Shown piece after piece: positions 29,018 to 37,125 of a stretch of DNA of 64,000 nt. The stretch lies in IMG/VR virus record IMGVR_UViG_3300022602_000025. One strand, given 5' to 3'. The first letter of the stretch is position 1. Each line of letters starts with the position of its first letter. A program made the position numbers and the translations under genes. Under the pieces are notes generated by a model. The model made no database searches and was not told where the DNA came from. It saw only the letters and a list, made by a program, of their open reading frames with translations. Source of the stretch: a virus (Duplodnaviria; Caudoviricetes).

Positions 29018-29335
29018 CTACGCTAGAGCCTCATCAATAGGTTTCAGATCAAAGTCGTAACCTTCACCTTCTAGCTCTGAGACTGCTTCGTTGAACAGGC
29101 TTTCCCACTCACGCACAGTCGCGGCCCGCTTGATATCCTTGGCTCGCTTGCGCAGTGCTGTGCCCTTTTGATACATCTTAGGATAATGCTCTGCACAGTA
29201 TACACTGCTTCCCACTAAGCTCTTACAGCCACAGTAGGGTGTAGGCTGTGTACGACTGTGTAGATCGCGTGGGTCATAGTCTGGGCCTAGGTATTGACAG
29301 CCTAGGCTGCGTACTATGTATAAGTCCTTGTCCAT
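29018..29335 (-). CDS. Cys/His protein resembling the GcrA C-terminal domain
   Basis: CQY...YCGCKSLVGSSVYCAEH..KMYQK resembles GcrA C+W...FCG....G.PYC..H...AY. Confidence 0.45.
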   Translation of the reverse strand: MDKDLYIVRSLGCQYLGPDYDPRDLHSRTQPTPYCGCKSLVGSSVYCAEHYPKMYQKGTALRKRAKDIKRAATVREWESLFNEAVSELEGEGYDFDLKPIDEALA

Positions 29336-29345
29336 AAGTATCTCC

Positions 29346-30212
29346 TTAAGTGCGACGCATACAAGTTGTCTTGGCCATAGCTTGCCAGTTAAGCGGAAAG
29401 CTCTTACGCAAGTCTGCTACCTTGAGTACCATACGCAGGGATAGCTCACGCAGCTTGCTCTTGTTACTATCAATGAATGCGATCAGCTCATCCTTGACCA
29501 CAGGTTCAAACTCATAGTGATCCAGCATGCCACCATCGTTGACTACCTGCTTGATACGCAAGATCTTCTCGCGATCAGTATCCATCTGTAGATCGATATA
29601 GTGACAGCGTGACTCTAGTGCGTCCAAGTGATCACGCAAGCGTTTGCTCTTCACGTGCTCAAACTTGATGTTAGTGATAAAGATCGCTGCGCCCTTGAAC
29701 TCGAATGAGTTAGGCACTCCTTCTGAACGTAGTAGACGGCTGTCAGTGTTCCAAGCGATAGTACGCTTCTTGCTAGAGTCTAGTGCGCCCTTTAGGATGT
29801 TCAGGGAGAGGTCTTCCATAAGGATCGAGTCACAGTCATCAAACACCAGCACGTGGTTTTTGTCTGAGAACTCGTAGAGCTTTGAGTAGAGTCCAATAGC
29901 TGACATAGCACCCTTGACGATCTCATACTTGGGCTTACGCTCGCCTAGTGTATCAAACAGGCCGTCTTTAGATAGCACAGCTTCAACACCGTGTGATTTA
30001 CCTACACCTGGAGGACCTGATACGATCATAGCACGGACATCACCTGACTTCACAGCGCGGGTCATGTCAGTGAGGATATCAAAACGCTCTTTGAGACGAG
30101 CAAGGATCTCTTCGTCTGACTCTTTGGCTACTTCACGCTCTCTGAGTGCGATAGCTTCTTTGTCAAATTCCAGCACAGTTACTGCTTTTGATGCTTTTGC
30201 TTTAGTTGCCAT
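29346..30212 (-). CDS. AAA+-type P-loop ATPase
   Basis: SGPPGVGKS Walker A, LVFDDCD Walker B, FITN sensor, ALESR. Confidence 0.85.
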   Translation of the reverse strand: MATKAKASKAVTVLEFDKEAIALREREVAKESDEEILARLKERFDILTDMTRAVKSGDVRAMIVSGPPGVGKSHGVEAVLSKDGLFDTLGERKPKYEIVKGAMSAIGLYSKLYEFSDKNHVLVFDDCDSILMEDLSLNILKGALDSSKKRTIAWNTDSRLLRSEGVPNSFEFKGAAIFITNIKFEHVKSKRLRDHLDALESRCHYIDLQMDTDREKILRIKQVVNDGGMLDHYEFEPVVKDELIAFIDSNKSKLRELSLRMVLKVADLRKSFPLNWQAMAKTTCMRRT

Positions 30213-30242
30213 TTAGTTGCTTCCTGTAGTGTTTAAATGTGT

Positions 30243-30271
30243 ATTATACTATCGTTTTCGTATGTTGTCAA
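30243..30271 (-). promoter_or_regulatory. Early sigma70 promoter P1
   Basis: TTGACA-17-TATAAT then ACACAT leader and AGGA. Confidence 0.85.
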
Positions 30272-30473
30272 TCAGTTCTAGGGTTGATTCTTCCACATGA
30301 TCGCAACCGTCTAGGGTCACAGCTACCATCATGTTGAGCACCACACGGGCATCAGCACGTGATCCCTCGTTGAGGGTTTCAACGAATCTCAAGACCTGAT
30401 CACGGCCTTCCATCATCCACAGAACGTCTGCGATCGCACGTTGCCTGCGGGTGAGTCCTTCAATCTTGATCAT
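30249..30473 (-). CDS. Hypothetical protein
   Basis: MIKIEG... ends IDNIRKR inside promoter P1. Confidence 0.65.
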   Translation of the reverse strand: MIKIEGLTRRQRAIADVLWMMEGRDQVLRFVETLNEGSRADARVVLNMMVAVTLDGCDHVEESTLELIDNIRKR

Positions 30474-30474
30474 A

Positions 30475-30861
30475 TTATGCCCCATAGTATACAGCGTCCT
30501 GATCAGCAGCTGAGTCTGCGTAGGTGTTCAGTTCAATCATACGCAGATCCAAGTAGTCAAACTCGGGTTCTGCGTAGGTGATCTCACCCTCATACTCCTG
30601 CTGTGATCTTTCAAACTCTGAGAGCCATCCATTGTCTTCCACGTGGACTCCTAGGATGTATTCGCGGCAGTAGTCGTTTGATCTTTCGATATCACCGCGG
30701 ACCATATCAACGATCACTTCAGTGTCCACGTTGCGAGGAACATTGGTGATCTTGTAACAGGAGCCGCCCTTCATCTTCCAGTGCTGAGGGCACTCACCCT
30801 CGCCATCCCACGCATGGGCGCCATAGTTCTCCATGTACTGCGTGTCAATTACTAGAATCAT
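30475..30861 (-). CDS. Hypothetical protein
   Basis: 128 aa, AGGAG SD, downstream of P2. Confidence 0.75.
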   Translation of the reverse strand: MILVIDTQYMENYGAHAWDGEGECPQHWKMKGGSCYKITNVPRNVDTEVIVDMVRGDIERSNDYCREYILGVHVEDNGWLSEFERSQQEYEGEITYAEPEFDYLDLRMIELNTYADSAADQDAVYYGA

Positions 30862-30893
30862 TCGAGCTCCTGTTTTGTTAGTGTATGTGTAGT

Positions 30894-30922
30894 ATTATAC
30901 TACAGGTTTTACCGTTTGTCAA
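30894..30922 (-). promoter_or_regulatory. Early sigma70 promoter P2 with GGTAAAACC box
   Basis: TTGACA-AACGGTAAAACCTGTAG-TATAAT. Confidence 0.88.
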
Positions 30923-31229
30923 TACGGATGATTACACCCTGTGGCGTAGAAACAACACCATACCCGTTAGCCTCAAACAAGCAGATCACCTGTTTAGCCA
31001 TAGCATCCTTAGCACGAGCTCCCTCTGCTTTGATAGCGATGAACTTCTTGCGGTAGTTGATGTAGAGTTTTGAGTAAGAGAACGCTGTGTCTAACAGATC
31101 GCGGGCTGTGATAGCCTTACGCTGTTGTTCAATTGAATATGTGCTGCGATTGTTTGAGTTGCGACGCTGTGCATCCATAGCTGCTGCAAATGCAAATCCG
31201 CCTGCTTCTTTAGTGTCTAGTTCTTTCAT
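30909..31229 (-). CDS. Hypothetical protein
   Basis: 106 aa, AGGAG SD; ends IDKR with stop in GGTAAAACC. Confidence 0.75.
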   Translation of the reverse strand: MKELDTKEAGGFAFAAAMDAQRRNSNNRSTYSIEQQRKAITARDLLDTAFSYSKLYINYRKKFIAIKAEGARAKDAMAKQVICLFEANGYGVVSTPQGVIIRIDKR

Positions 31230-31259
31230 TTCTCGCTCCTGTAGTGTTAGTGTATGTGT

Positions 31260-31288
31260 AGTATAGCATCAATCTATCTGTATGTCAA
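31260..31288 (-). promoter_or_regulatory. Early sigma70 promoter P3
   Basis: TTGACA-17-TATACT-ACACATACACT. Confidence 0.85.
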
Positions 31289-31460
31289 CGATTTTACCAT
31301 CTCTAAAGATGAAATATTCGTTGATAGCACCGTAGTAGGCCCAGATACAGTCGTTGCCCTGGGAGAGTGTGTAATGCTCTACTCCCCGCTCTTCGTAGTG
31401 AGCTGCTACCAGCATGACCTCTAAGGGGTTCAACGTGGGTGCTATCCTGATCATCCCCAA
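31269..31460 (-). CDS. Hypothetical protein
   Basis: 63 aa, ends VDIQID inside P3. Confidence 0.65.
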   Translation of the reverse strand: MGMIRIAPTLNPLEVMLVAAHYEERGVEHYTLSQGNDCIWAYYGAINEYFIFRDGKIVDIQID

Positions 31461-31708
31461 TCCTTCTTATCACCGTACTGTTCATTGTAACGGTAACCAG
31501 CCATGTACTCAGCCACTGATTCTTCGTCAGTAACCGCTACACGATCCCCTGAATCGCCACCAACACCGCCATAGTGTGGGTTAGGGCTGCGATCATAGTA
31601 ACTGTCTGCTGAGCCACGATCATACAAGCTGCCGTGACGATCGCGTACGAACTGGGGTCCCTTCAGGGCGCGGATGATCCGCTCTTGTTTTGTGAGTTGT
31701 GGATACAT
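31451..31708 (-). CDS. Hypothetical protein
   Basis: MYPQLTKQE..., GGAGG SD; HGSLYDRGSADSYY motif. Confidence 0.7.
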   Translation of the reverse strand: MYPQLTKQERIIRALKGPQFVRDRHGSLYDRGSADSYYDRSPNPHYGGVGGDSGDRVAVTDEESVAEYMAGYRYNEQYGDKKDWG

Positions 31709-31709
31709 A

Positions 31710-31850
31710 TTAACCTCCAAATGCCAACATACCAACGATAAAACCCAACGCAAAGATGCAGGTGTAGCCTACTAGCTTGTCGCCCTGTTCAGGGGTTGGG
31801 ACCGGGATTGCTTCAATTAGTTGCTCTAGTTTACGACCGATTAATTCCAT
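31710..31850 (-). CDS. Small membrane protein (46 aa)
   Basis: Hand-translated MELIGRKLEQLIEAIPVPTPEQGDKLVGYTCIFALGFIVGMLAFGG; AGGAG SD, directly under P4. Confidence 0.65.
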   Translation of the reverse strand: MELIGRKLEQLIEAIPVPTPEQGDKLVGYTCIFALGFIVGMLAFGG

Positions 31851-31879
31851 TTCTGCTCCTAGTGTTTCAGTGTATGTGT

Positions 31880-31908
31880 AGTATAGCACAGGTTTTACCG
31901 TTTGTCAA
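31880..31908 (-). promoter_or_regulatory. Early sigma70 promoter P4 with GGTAAAACC box
   Basis: TTGACA-AACGGTAAAACCTGTGC-TATACT. Confidence 0.88.
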
Positions 31909-31909
31909 C

Positions 31910-32104
31910 CTAAATTAGCATGAAGGGCTGGATCTCTGGGATACCTTCCATGCTTTCGCCCATCTCTTCCGGTGTGTTGAATGAAGTACTGAACACTGGC
32001 ATAGCGTCATCTACATCGCCGGCATAGACCATAGCGGGCAGGGCCAACTGCTCAGGTGTTAAGGTTTCAATGAATGCTTTGAGTTCTTGGTAGGTAATCT
32101 GCAT
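31910..32104 (-). CDS. Hypothetical acidic protein
   Basis: 64 aa, AAGGAG SD. Confidence 0.7.
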   Translation of the reverse strand: MQITYQELKAFIETLTPEQLALPAMVYAGDVDDAMPVFSTSFNTPEEMGESMEGIPEIQPFMLI

Positions 32105-32187
32105 ATCTGCTCCTTAGAGTTTAGTGATAATCCAGCATTTGATTGCAAATAGGGCTAGGACTGCGAATGTTGCTCTTTGGAATTGGA

Positions 32188-32271
32188 TTATTTGCCACGC
32201 ATAACCTCCATGATATAGTTGACTACAATGAAAAGTACCACGCCAAGCAAAAAGTAATATAAGTGTTCCAT
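32188..32271 (-). CDS. Small membrane peptide (27 aa)
   Basis: Hand-translated MEHLYYFLLGVVLFIVVNYIMEVMRGK; AGGAG SD under P5. Confidence 0.55.
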   Translation of the reverse strand: MEHLYYFLLGVVLFIVVNYIMEVMRGK

Positions 32272-32305
32272 TTCGTTTGCTCCTACGTTTTGTTAGTGTA
32301 AGTGT

Positions 32306-32334
32306 AGTATAGCATCAAAGGTAAAACCTGTCAA
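32306..32334 (-). promoter_or_regulatory. Early sigma70 promoter P5 with inverted box (GGTTTTACC)
   Basis: TTGACA-GGTTTTACCTTTGATGC-TATACT. Confidence 0.85.
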
Positions 32335-32361
32335 CCCCTAGAGTGTTGTATTTGTGCCACA

Positions 32362-32402
32362 AAAGGTGAACCCCGGAATATCTTGCGATAGACCGGGGTT
32401 CA
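32362..32402 (-). terminator. Long hairpin/terminator with GCAA tetraloop
   Basis: TGAACCCCGG..TATC-GCAA-GATA..CCGGGGTTCA followed by CCTTTT on minus strand. Confidence 0.65.
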
Positions 32403-32445
32403 GGGGTTTGCCTGGGACACTACCCCCAGGACTTGGAGCGACTGT

Positions 32446-32718
32446 TTAGAGTGTGATGCCCATTGCGGCAGCTTTGTAACCTAAAGCTACGATCTGACGG
32501 CTTGGACGACCCAACTCATATTCTGTAACGGTAACGCCATTGCCAGCTTTGCGGCTGTTAGCGTAGACTGCGTAACCAGCTGCACGAAGACGGCTTGCTT
32601 CTGCGCTCAAGTTGCCTACGCCAAAACGCTTCTTAGCTTCTGAAGCTGTTAGCTTCTCACCAGCTTGAAGAGCTGTAAATACCTTACCAGTTTTAGTTTC
32701 TAAATTGATACGTTTCAT
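32446..32718 (-). CDS. Winged helix-turn-helix DNA-binding protein
   Basis: VFTALQAGEKLTASEAKKRFGVGNLSAEASRLRAAGYAVY pattern; basic. Confidence 0.65.
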   Translation of the reverse strand: MKRINLETKTGKVFTALQAGEKLTASEAKKRFGVGNLSAEASRLRAAGYAVYANSRKAGNGVTVTEYELGRPSRQIVALGYKAAAMGITL

Positions 32719-32767
32719 TATTGTTATTTCCTCTATTAGTATTGATGTGTACTCACATCGTAGAACT

Positions 32768-32796
32768 ATTGTAACACAATCCTATACCCTATGCAA
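32768..32796 (-). promoter_or_regulatory. Sigma70 promoter P6 for the HTH gene
   Basis: TTGCAT-17-TACAAT; leader hairpin GATGTG-AGTA-CACATC. Confidence 0.7.
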
Positions 32797-33229
32797 GACC
32801 TTTTCTTGCCATTTCTAACTGATGCTGTTTAGCCATGTCCCAAGCACGGTTCAGATTAGGTCCGCCTGAGAGTTTATCAACTAGGTAATTCCAAATAGGG
32901 CTAGACCCTACTACTTCTTCTGCGGGTTCCCACCAGTTGTAATCGATCTTAGGTCCTTCATTGATCGTTCCCGTTTGGCGTAATCCCGTTTCCTTTAGTC
33001 TTACAGCGTGTTTCCACTTGCGTAAGATGATCTGCTCATTGAGGCGCCACTTGGTTAGTGCCCAGTGATCCTCGGGCTTTTCCCACGATTCTAACCGCTT
33101 GATCGCCTCACGAGTTGCATCTAGACGAGCGCCTAGACGCTCTATTTCATACGATGCGTTACCCCAGTCCTTGTAGAACTCAGGGGTAATGTACTCAGTT
33201 CTTTTCTTTTTTGATCGAAACATTAGCAC
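32789..33229 (-). CDS. Hypothetical protein
   Basis: 146-aa ORF. Confidence 0.6.
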   Translation of the reverse strand: MLMFRSKKKRTEYITPEFYKDWGNASYEIERLGARLDATREAIKRLESWEKPEDHWALTKWRLNEQIILRKWKHAVRLKETGLRQTGTINEGPKIDYNWWEPAEEVVGSSPIWNYLVDKLSGGPNLNRAWDMAKQHQLEMARKGLA

Positions 33230-33395
33230 GGAAGAACGCTCCTAGAATAACAACAGCCAACCAAGTGTCGAAGCTGTATGCGATTGTATATCCTGTGAAC
33301 AGGGTGTTCCAGGCCCAGATAGTTGCCAGTGGACCGATCACGATCAACAGCACAACGAAAGCGATGAGACCCAAGATAGCAATAAGTGATTTCAT
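33195..33395 (-). CDS. Two-TM membrane protein
   Basis: Two hydrophobic segments; AAGGAA SD. Confidence 0.7.
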   Translation of the reverse strand: MKSLIAILGLIAFVVLLIVIGPLATIWAWNTLFTGYTIAYSFDTWLAVVILGAFFRANVSIKKEKN

Positions 33396-33408
33396 AATTT
33401 GTTCCTTA

Positions 33409-33431
33409 AAATTGGGGGAACTAGTCCCCCA
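33409..33431 (-). terminator. Terminator-like hairpin
   Basis: TGGGGGA-CTAGT-TCCCCCA-ATTTT on minus strand. Confidence 0.6.
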
Positions 33432-33435
33432 GTGA

Positions 33436-33843
33436 TCACATCAACGCTGAACCAACAGCTGCTTCTGCCTTGGCGATCGCCTCAGCTTCAGTCTGTACAG
33501 CTGCTTTCACAGTTGCTTGACCAGTTGCTGTCTTAGCTTTGGCCTGTGGCTTTTCTGCAACAGTCTTTGCCTTAGCTACGGGCTTGGCCTTAACAACAGT
33601 TACCCCGCGTTTATCAGCGGCAGCTTCCAGTGCGGCTTGTACTTCTTTGTTACCGTTTGCGAAGTCAATGCTCATCAAATAGGCAACAGCAGCTTCTTTG
33701 GTCATTGGCTCACGAAGCTCAACGATATCGATATCCTTGTGACCATTCTTAGCAAGTACTTTGACACGTAGCGCATCATTGCAAAAACGTACCTTGAACT
33801 CGCCATTCTGACGTGAAACACCTGCATGTGTAAAAACTGACAT
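33436..33843 (-). CDS. Hypothetical protein with Ala/Lys-rich C-terminus
   Basis: 135 aa, AAGGAG SD; VKAKPVAKAKT tail. Confidence 0.75.
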   Translation of the reverse strand: MSVFTHAGVSRQNGEFKVRFCNDALRVKVLAKNGHKDIDIVELREPMTKEAAVAYLMSIDFANGNKEVQAALEAAADKRGVTVVKAKPVAKAKTVAEKPQAKAKTATGQATVKAAVQTEAEAIAKAEAAVGSALM

Positions 33844-33899
33844 AACTAACTCCTTCTGTGTGTGTAAAAAATCTGTTAGAAACTTCTCTAACTGTTAAT

Positions 33900-33928
33900 A
33901 GTATACTACCAAACTGCTCAAATGTCAA
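33900..33928 (-). promoter_or_regulatory. Early sigma70 promoter P7
   Basis: TTGACA-17-TATACT. Confidence 0.85.
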
Positions 33929-34083
33929 GCTGTTTGTTGTGGCTTTTCTGCCACAGTCAATCTAACCCAACCATCGACGATCGCTCCCAAAGGTGCGGTG
34001 TCAACTCCTTCCCAATCGAGCTCATCGTCTGATAACTCGACTTCGTACTCGGGGTCCTCATAAACAACAGCGAATCTACTCAT
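33925..34083 (-). CDS. Hypothetical acidic protein (52 aa)
   Basis: Hand-translated MSRFAVVYEDPEYEVEL...AEKPQQTA; stop is the TGA of TTGACA. Confidence 0.6.
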   Translation of the reverse strand: MSRFAVVYEDPEYEVELSDDELDWEGVDTAPLGAIVDGWVRLTVAEKPQQTA

Positions 34084-34291
34084 CGTATGCTTCCTCTCCC
34101 ATTTCAGTTACTTTCTCTTCCACAACGCCAAGATCGACGATGCGGGCTGTCTGCTCTTCATTGCTCACACCCTGGAAGGCTGTGCGGAATGACTGATTCT
34201 CAGCGAGGAAATCAAACACATCCTCACGCTCCCAGTTGTCAGGAACTTCGAGCTCTTGTGTTAAGAGTGTTTCAACTCGTACTGTTTTCAT
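34076..34291 (-). CDS. Hypothetical acidic protein
   Basis: 71 aa, GGAG SD. Confidence 0.7.
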   Translation of the reverse strand: MKTVRVETLLTQELEVPDNWEREDVFDFLAENQSFRTAFQGVSNEEQTARIVDLGVVEEKVTEMGEEAYDE

Positions 34292-34770
34292 ACAGTCTCC
34301 TCCACGTTAACTGTCTTGAGAGCCTCTGTGAGAGGTACAAGACCTTCCTTAATTACGCCAGCTGTTTCATATACAGCGCCAGCGTACCATACTTCATCCT
34401 TCATGATATAGTAGTACTCAGCGCCACAGTTGTGAACCTGATCAAGGAACTCTTCAAATGTGTGTGCTACCTTCCAGCTAGTGTTTTCTTCGCCACGATC
34501 TCGACCGTAGAATGTGCAGGAGTCGCCGTGTTCCGTCTCAAATGCTGCCGCTTGATCTTCTGGGATATCCAGCTTGCTGAATGCGTGTTCGACCCCAATG
34601 TTAGCTCGCAGGCTACTCAAGTCTCCCAGCGCGACCAAGTTGTTGGCCTTTGTGCTATCGTAGTGCTCTTGCAGGATAGCGCCATTGTGTTCAAGATAGC
34701 CGTCCCAGTGACAGTATACAGACTTGACCTTGTCACCGTGCATAACGCCAATTCGTGATCTAGTTCCCAT
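34288..34770 (-). CDS. Hypothetical phage protein (YCHWDGY family)
   Basis: MGTRSRIG...SVYCHWDGY; start at 34770 after AGGAG. Confidence 0.75.
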   Translation of the reverse strand: MGTRSRIGVMHGDKVKSVYCHWDGYLEHNGAILQEHYDSTKANNLVALGDLSSLRANIGVEHAFSKLDIPEDQAAAFETEHGDSCTFYGRDRGEENTSWKVAHTFEEFLDQVHNCGAEYYYIMKDEVWYAGAVYETAGVIKEGLVPLTEALKTVNVEETV

Positions 34771-34799
34771 TTCAGCTCCTAGTTGTTCAGTGTATGTGT

Positions 34800-34828
34800 A
34801 GTATAACACAAGGGGGCCTAAATGTCAA
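34800..34828 (-). promoter_or_regulatory. Early sigma70 promoter P8 with -35 in a stem-loop
   Basis: TTGACA-17-TATACT; AACACAGGGGGC/GCCCCCTTGTGTT arms enclose the -35. Confidence 0.85.
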
Positions 34829-34846
34829 GCCCCCTGTGTTGCGTTA

Positions 34847-35206
34847 TTACAACGCCTCGTAGTTAGCCAATGCTTCGCTTGCAGTTGCGTCCAGCATTAC
34901 CGCATCCAATGCTTTTTGGCGCTCTGCTTTTAGCGTTGCTTTGTAAGCGTCCAACTCTGCTTTCTTTGCTTCCATAGCAGGCCATACAACATCGTTCGGA
35001 GTTAAGTAAGCGTTAGTATTGTCCTCCGTGCCCTCTTTAAGCGTAATCTCGCCTGCTTTAATCGCCGCAAATACTGTGCCCCATGTAGGGCTCTCAGGGC
35101 GTCCAGCAGGGCCATAAAGCTCAGTTGCCTTTGCTTTAATTTTGTCAGCAGTAATCTCGTCCAAACGACGGATAAAGTAGTTGCGTTGTTCAGTTGTCAT
35201 TTCCAT
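34847..35206 (-). CDS. Hypothetical protein
   Basis: 119 aa, AAGGAG SD. Confidence 0.75.
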   Translation of the reverse strand: MEMTTEQRNYFIRRLDEITADKIKAKATELYGPAGRPESPTWGTVFAAIKAGEITLKEGTEDNTNAYLTPNDVVWPAMEAKKAELDAYKATLKAERQKALDAVMLDATASEALANYEAL

Positions 35207-35240
35207 TTAAAGCTCCTTTGTGTTAAGTGTTTAAGTGCAT

Positions 35241-35269
35241 AGTATAGCACAGGATTTACCAGTTGTCAA
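35241..35269 (-). promoter_or_regulatory. Early sigma70 promoter P9 (GGTAAATCC variant box)
   Basis: TTGACA-17-TATACT. Confidence 0.85.
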
Positions 35270-35481
35270 GCTCTAATTAATAACCCTACAAGGTAAATGG
35301 TTAATAGTGCACCGTTAATCACTATCAGATTCAGCTCGCGTATACGTACGGCCCATATCAAGTACAACAACGCCCCGAGATTCAGCAGCACAACGTTTGC
35401 TGGATCCAGTTTGAGAGCTGTACATAGAGCCCCTGCTAGTGTAACAGCACAAGCTGTCCACTTTAAAATATTATCTAACAA
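35266..35481 (-). CDS. Small three-TM membrane protein
   Basis: 71 aa, three hydrophobic helices; stop is the TGA of TTGACA. Confidence 0.7.
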   Translation of the reverse strand: MLDNILKWTACAVTLAGALCTALKLDPANVVLLNLGALLYLIWAVRIRELNLIVINGALLTIYLVGLLIRA

Positions 35482-35508
35482 GGTACCACTCCTCTCACTG
35501 TAGCATAT

Positions 35509-35537
35509 AGTATAGCACAGGTTTTACCAAATGTCAA
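35509..35537 (-). promoter_or_regulatory. Early sigma70 promoter P10 with GGTAAAACC box
   Basis: TTGACA-17-TATACT. Confidence 0.87.
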
Positions 35538-36058
35538 GCCTTTGCGTAAAAAATGTGCTGCCCAATCCGTTGTATTTTCACAACACTCTTGGCCCAGACT
35601 GGCTCTTTGATGTAGTCAGCGTGGTAAAGGATGCTGTCCTTCAGGTTAGCCACGCGATAACCATCGGCTAGCACACTCCTGGCCACCTCACGGCTCTGAG
35701 TCCACAGCGGACCCTTAGGCTGGGCATAACGCTGTTTCTTGTAAAGAGTCCATGAGAACTGACTAGGGGCATACACGACCTTACAGATGTTATGACCCCA
35801 CCGTCCATCGCGCAGCCTATTCAGGGTGACCTGAGCAACAGCGAACTTACCTAGGGTTGGTTCAACTCCTGCTTCGTGATAGATGTTCTTGGCCAAGCAG
35901 TCTTCATCAGCCTTCGTGTAACTGATACGATCGTTCGTCTTGATGATGTAGGCCTTGATATCCTGAACATCCTCATGGACAGACTCGATCTCCATCTGCT
36001 GGAAACCAAGAACCGCCACAGCGACGGTTCCGGTTATGATCGTAGTGAGTTTACTCAC
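35534..36058 (-). CDS. Cell wall hydrolase, SleB/Hydrolase_2 family (copy 1)
   Basis: CLAKNIYHEAG.EP..GK.AVA.V.LNR, SQFSW, YHA.Y..P.W, IG.HIFY; GTG start at 36058 after GGAGG; N-terminal hydrophobic anchor. Confidence 0.88.
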   Translation of the reverse strand: MSKLTTIITGTVAVAVLGFQQMEIESVHEDVQDIKAYIIKTNDRISYTKADEDCLAKNIYHEAGVEPTLGKFAVAQVTLNRLRDGRWGHNICKVVYAPSQFSWTLYKKQRYAQPKGPLWTQSREVARSVLADGYRVANLKDSILYHADYIKEPVWAKSVVKIQRIGQHIFYAKA

Positions 36059-36629
36059 TGTCGGCCTCCATAGACTCATACTCAGCCATAGTCTCTGAAA
36101 TGCCAAACATCTCGTCAAGCACAGCAGGGATCTCATCAACAACAGCATCACTTGAACCTGGCAACTCGTAGAACTCATCGTTACCGTTGTCCCAGATGCC
36201 TGCAAAGTTCATGCCTGGCTCGTAGTAATAAGCACGGACCTCAAAGCCTTGCTCAACCAATGCTTCATACACACCAATAGGTGGACTCCACGCACTATCA
36301 AAGCACAGGGTCGTATTGTCCTGGCCTTCTTCAAGCTCGATCTGATCACCGTCACCACCACAGTCCCACTTGGTGCCCCACTCATTAACGCAGAAGTCAT
36401 ACCAAGTCTTGTAACCGTGTGTCTCAAGATTACGCTTCTCTTGTGCTTCAAGCTCGATCTGTTTAGGATCATTGTCATCACCTACGCGACCAGCCACGAT
36501 ATGAAGATCTGAAGGCACTGGAATAGCATAGGAACAGAACTTACCATCATTGTAAGCCTCAACGAGGGCCTTGAGTTTAGCAGGATCTTTGTGTGCGATC
36601 TCTACTGTGTTATTGCACCAATTTGGCAT
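36051..36629 (-). CDS. YubB/Api92-like ferredoxin-fold protein
   Basis: MPNWCNN, WYDFC...WGTKWD, FDSAWSPP, YYEPG..FAG. Confidence 0.8.
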   Translation of the reverse strand: MPNWCNNTVEIAHKDPAKLKALVEAYNDGKFCSYAIPVPSDLHIVAGRVGDDNDPKQIELEAQEKRNLETHGYKTWYDFCVNEWGTKWDCGGDGDQIELEEGQDNTTLCFDSAWSPPIGVYEALVEQGFEVRAYYYEPGMNFAGIWDNGNDEFYELPGSSDAVVDEIPAVLDEMFGISETMAEYESMEADSE

Positions 36630-36638
36630 ATCGTCTCC

Positions 36639-36842
36639 TTAAGCAAATACGGGTTTAGAAAGAATCTCGTCCTCTACCAACTGGTAACAGGCGTTGAGAG
36701 TCAGTTGCATGATCAAGTAGGCCTGGGCCTTCTCTTTGGCATTCATTGACTCAACATACTCCTGCAACTCTGGAAGAGTCTTAGTTGCGAACAATCCACT
36801 GCGTGGGATTGGGTTTTGGACTGCATCATAGATACCGCTCAT
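36639..36842 (-). CDS. Hypothetical protein
   Basis: 67 aa under P11. Confidence 0.7.
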   Translation of the reverse strand: MSGIYDAVQNPIPRSGLFATKTLPELQEYVESMNAKEKAQAYLIMQLTLNACYQLVEDEILSKPVFA

Positions 36843-36874
36843 TTTCTGCTCCTTTTCGTTTAGTGTATGTGTAT

Positions 36875-36903
36875 ATTATAGCACAGGTTTTACCATTTGT
36901 CAA
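36875..36903 (-). promoter_or_regulatory. Early sigma70 promoter P11 with GGTAAAACC box
   Basis: TTGACA-17-TATAAT. Confidence 0.9.
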
Positions 36904-37064
36904 CCGTGGGTGACTTCAGTGTTTTTCAGGGCCTCGTGACGCATGACGTAGAAGCGGAACAACAAGTTAGGATCTACACGGATATCACCATCCTCGCTAT
37001 TGTCGTCTAGATCTGCCCCTAGAAGGATTTCAATGGCCAACTCGCCGAGTTCTTGTCTAGTCAT
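36900..37064 (-). CDS. Hypothetical protein (54 aa)
   Basis: Hand-translated MTRQELGELAIEILLG...EVTHG; stop is the TGA of TTGACA. Confidence 0.65.
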   Translation of the reverse strand: MTRQELGELAIEILLGADLDDNSEDGDIRVDPNLLFRFYVMRHEALKNTEVTHG

Positions 37065-37096
37065 TTTCTGCTCCTTTTCGTTTAGTGTATGTGTAT

Positions 37097-37125
37097 ATTA
37101 TAGCACAGGTTTTACCACTTGTCAA
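37097..37125 (-). promoter_or_regulatory. Early sigma70 promoter P12 with GGTAAAACC box
   Basis: TTGACA-17-TATAAT. Confidence 0.9.

Noticed and set aside
34087-34758. 223-aa plus-strand ORF and many other short antisense ORFs in the track
   Set aside because: They lie opposite well-supported genes with SD/promoter, have no recognisable motifs, and are treated as shadow ORFs
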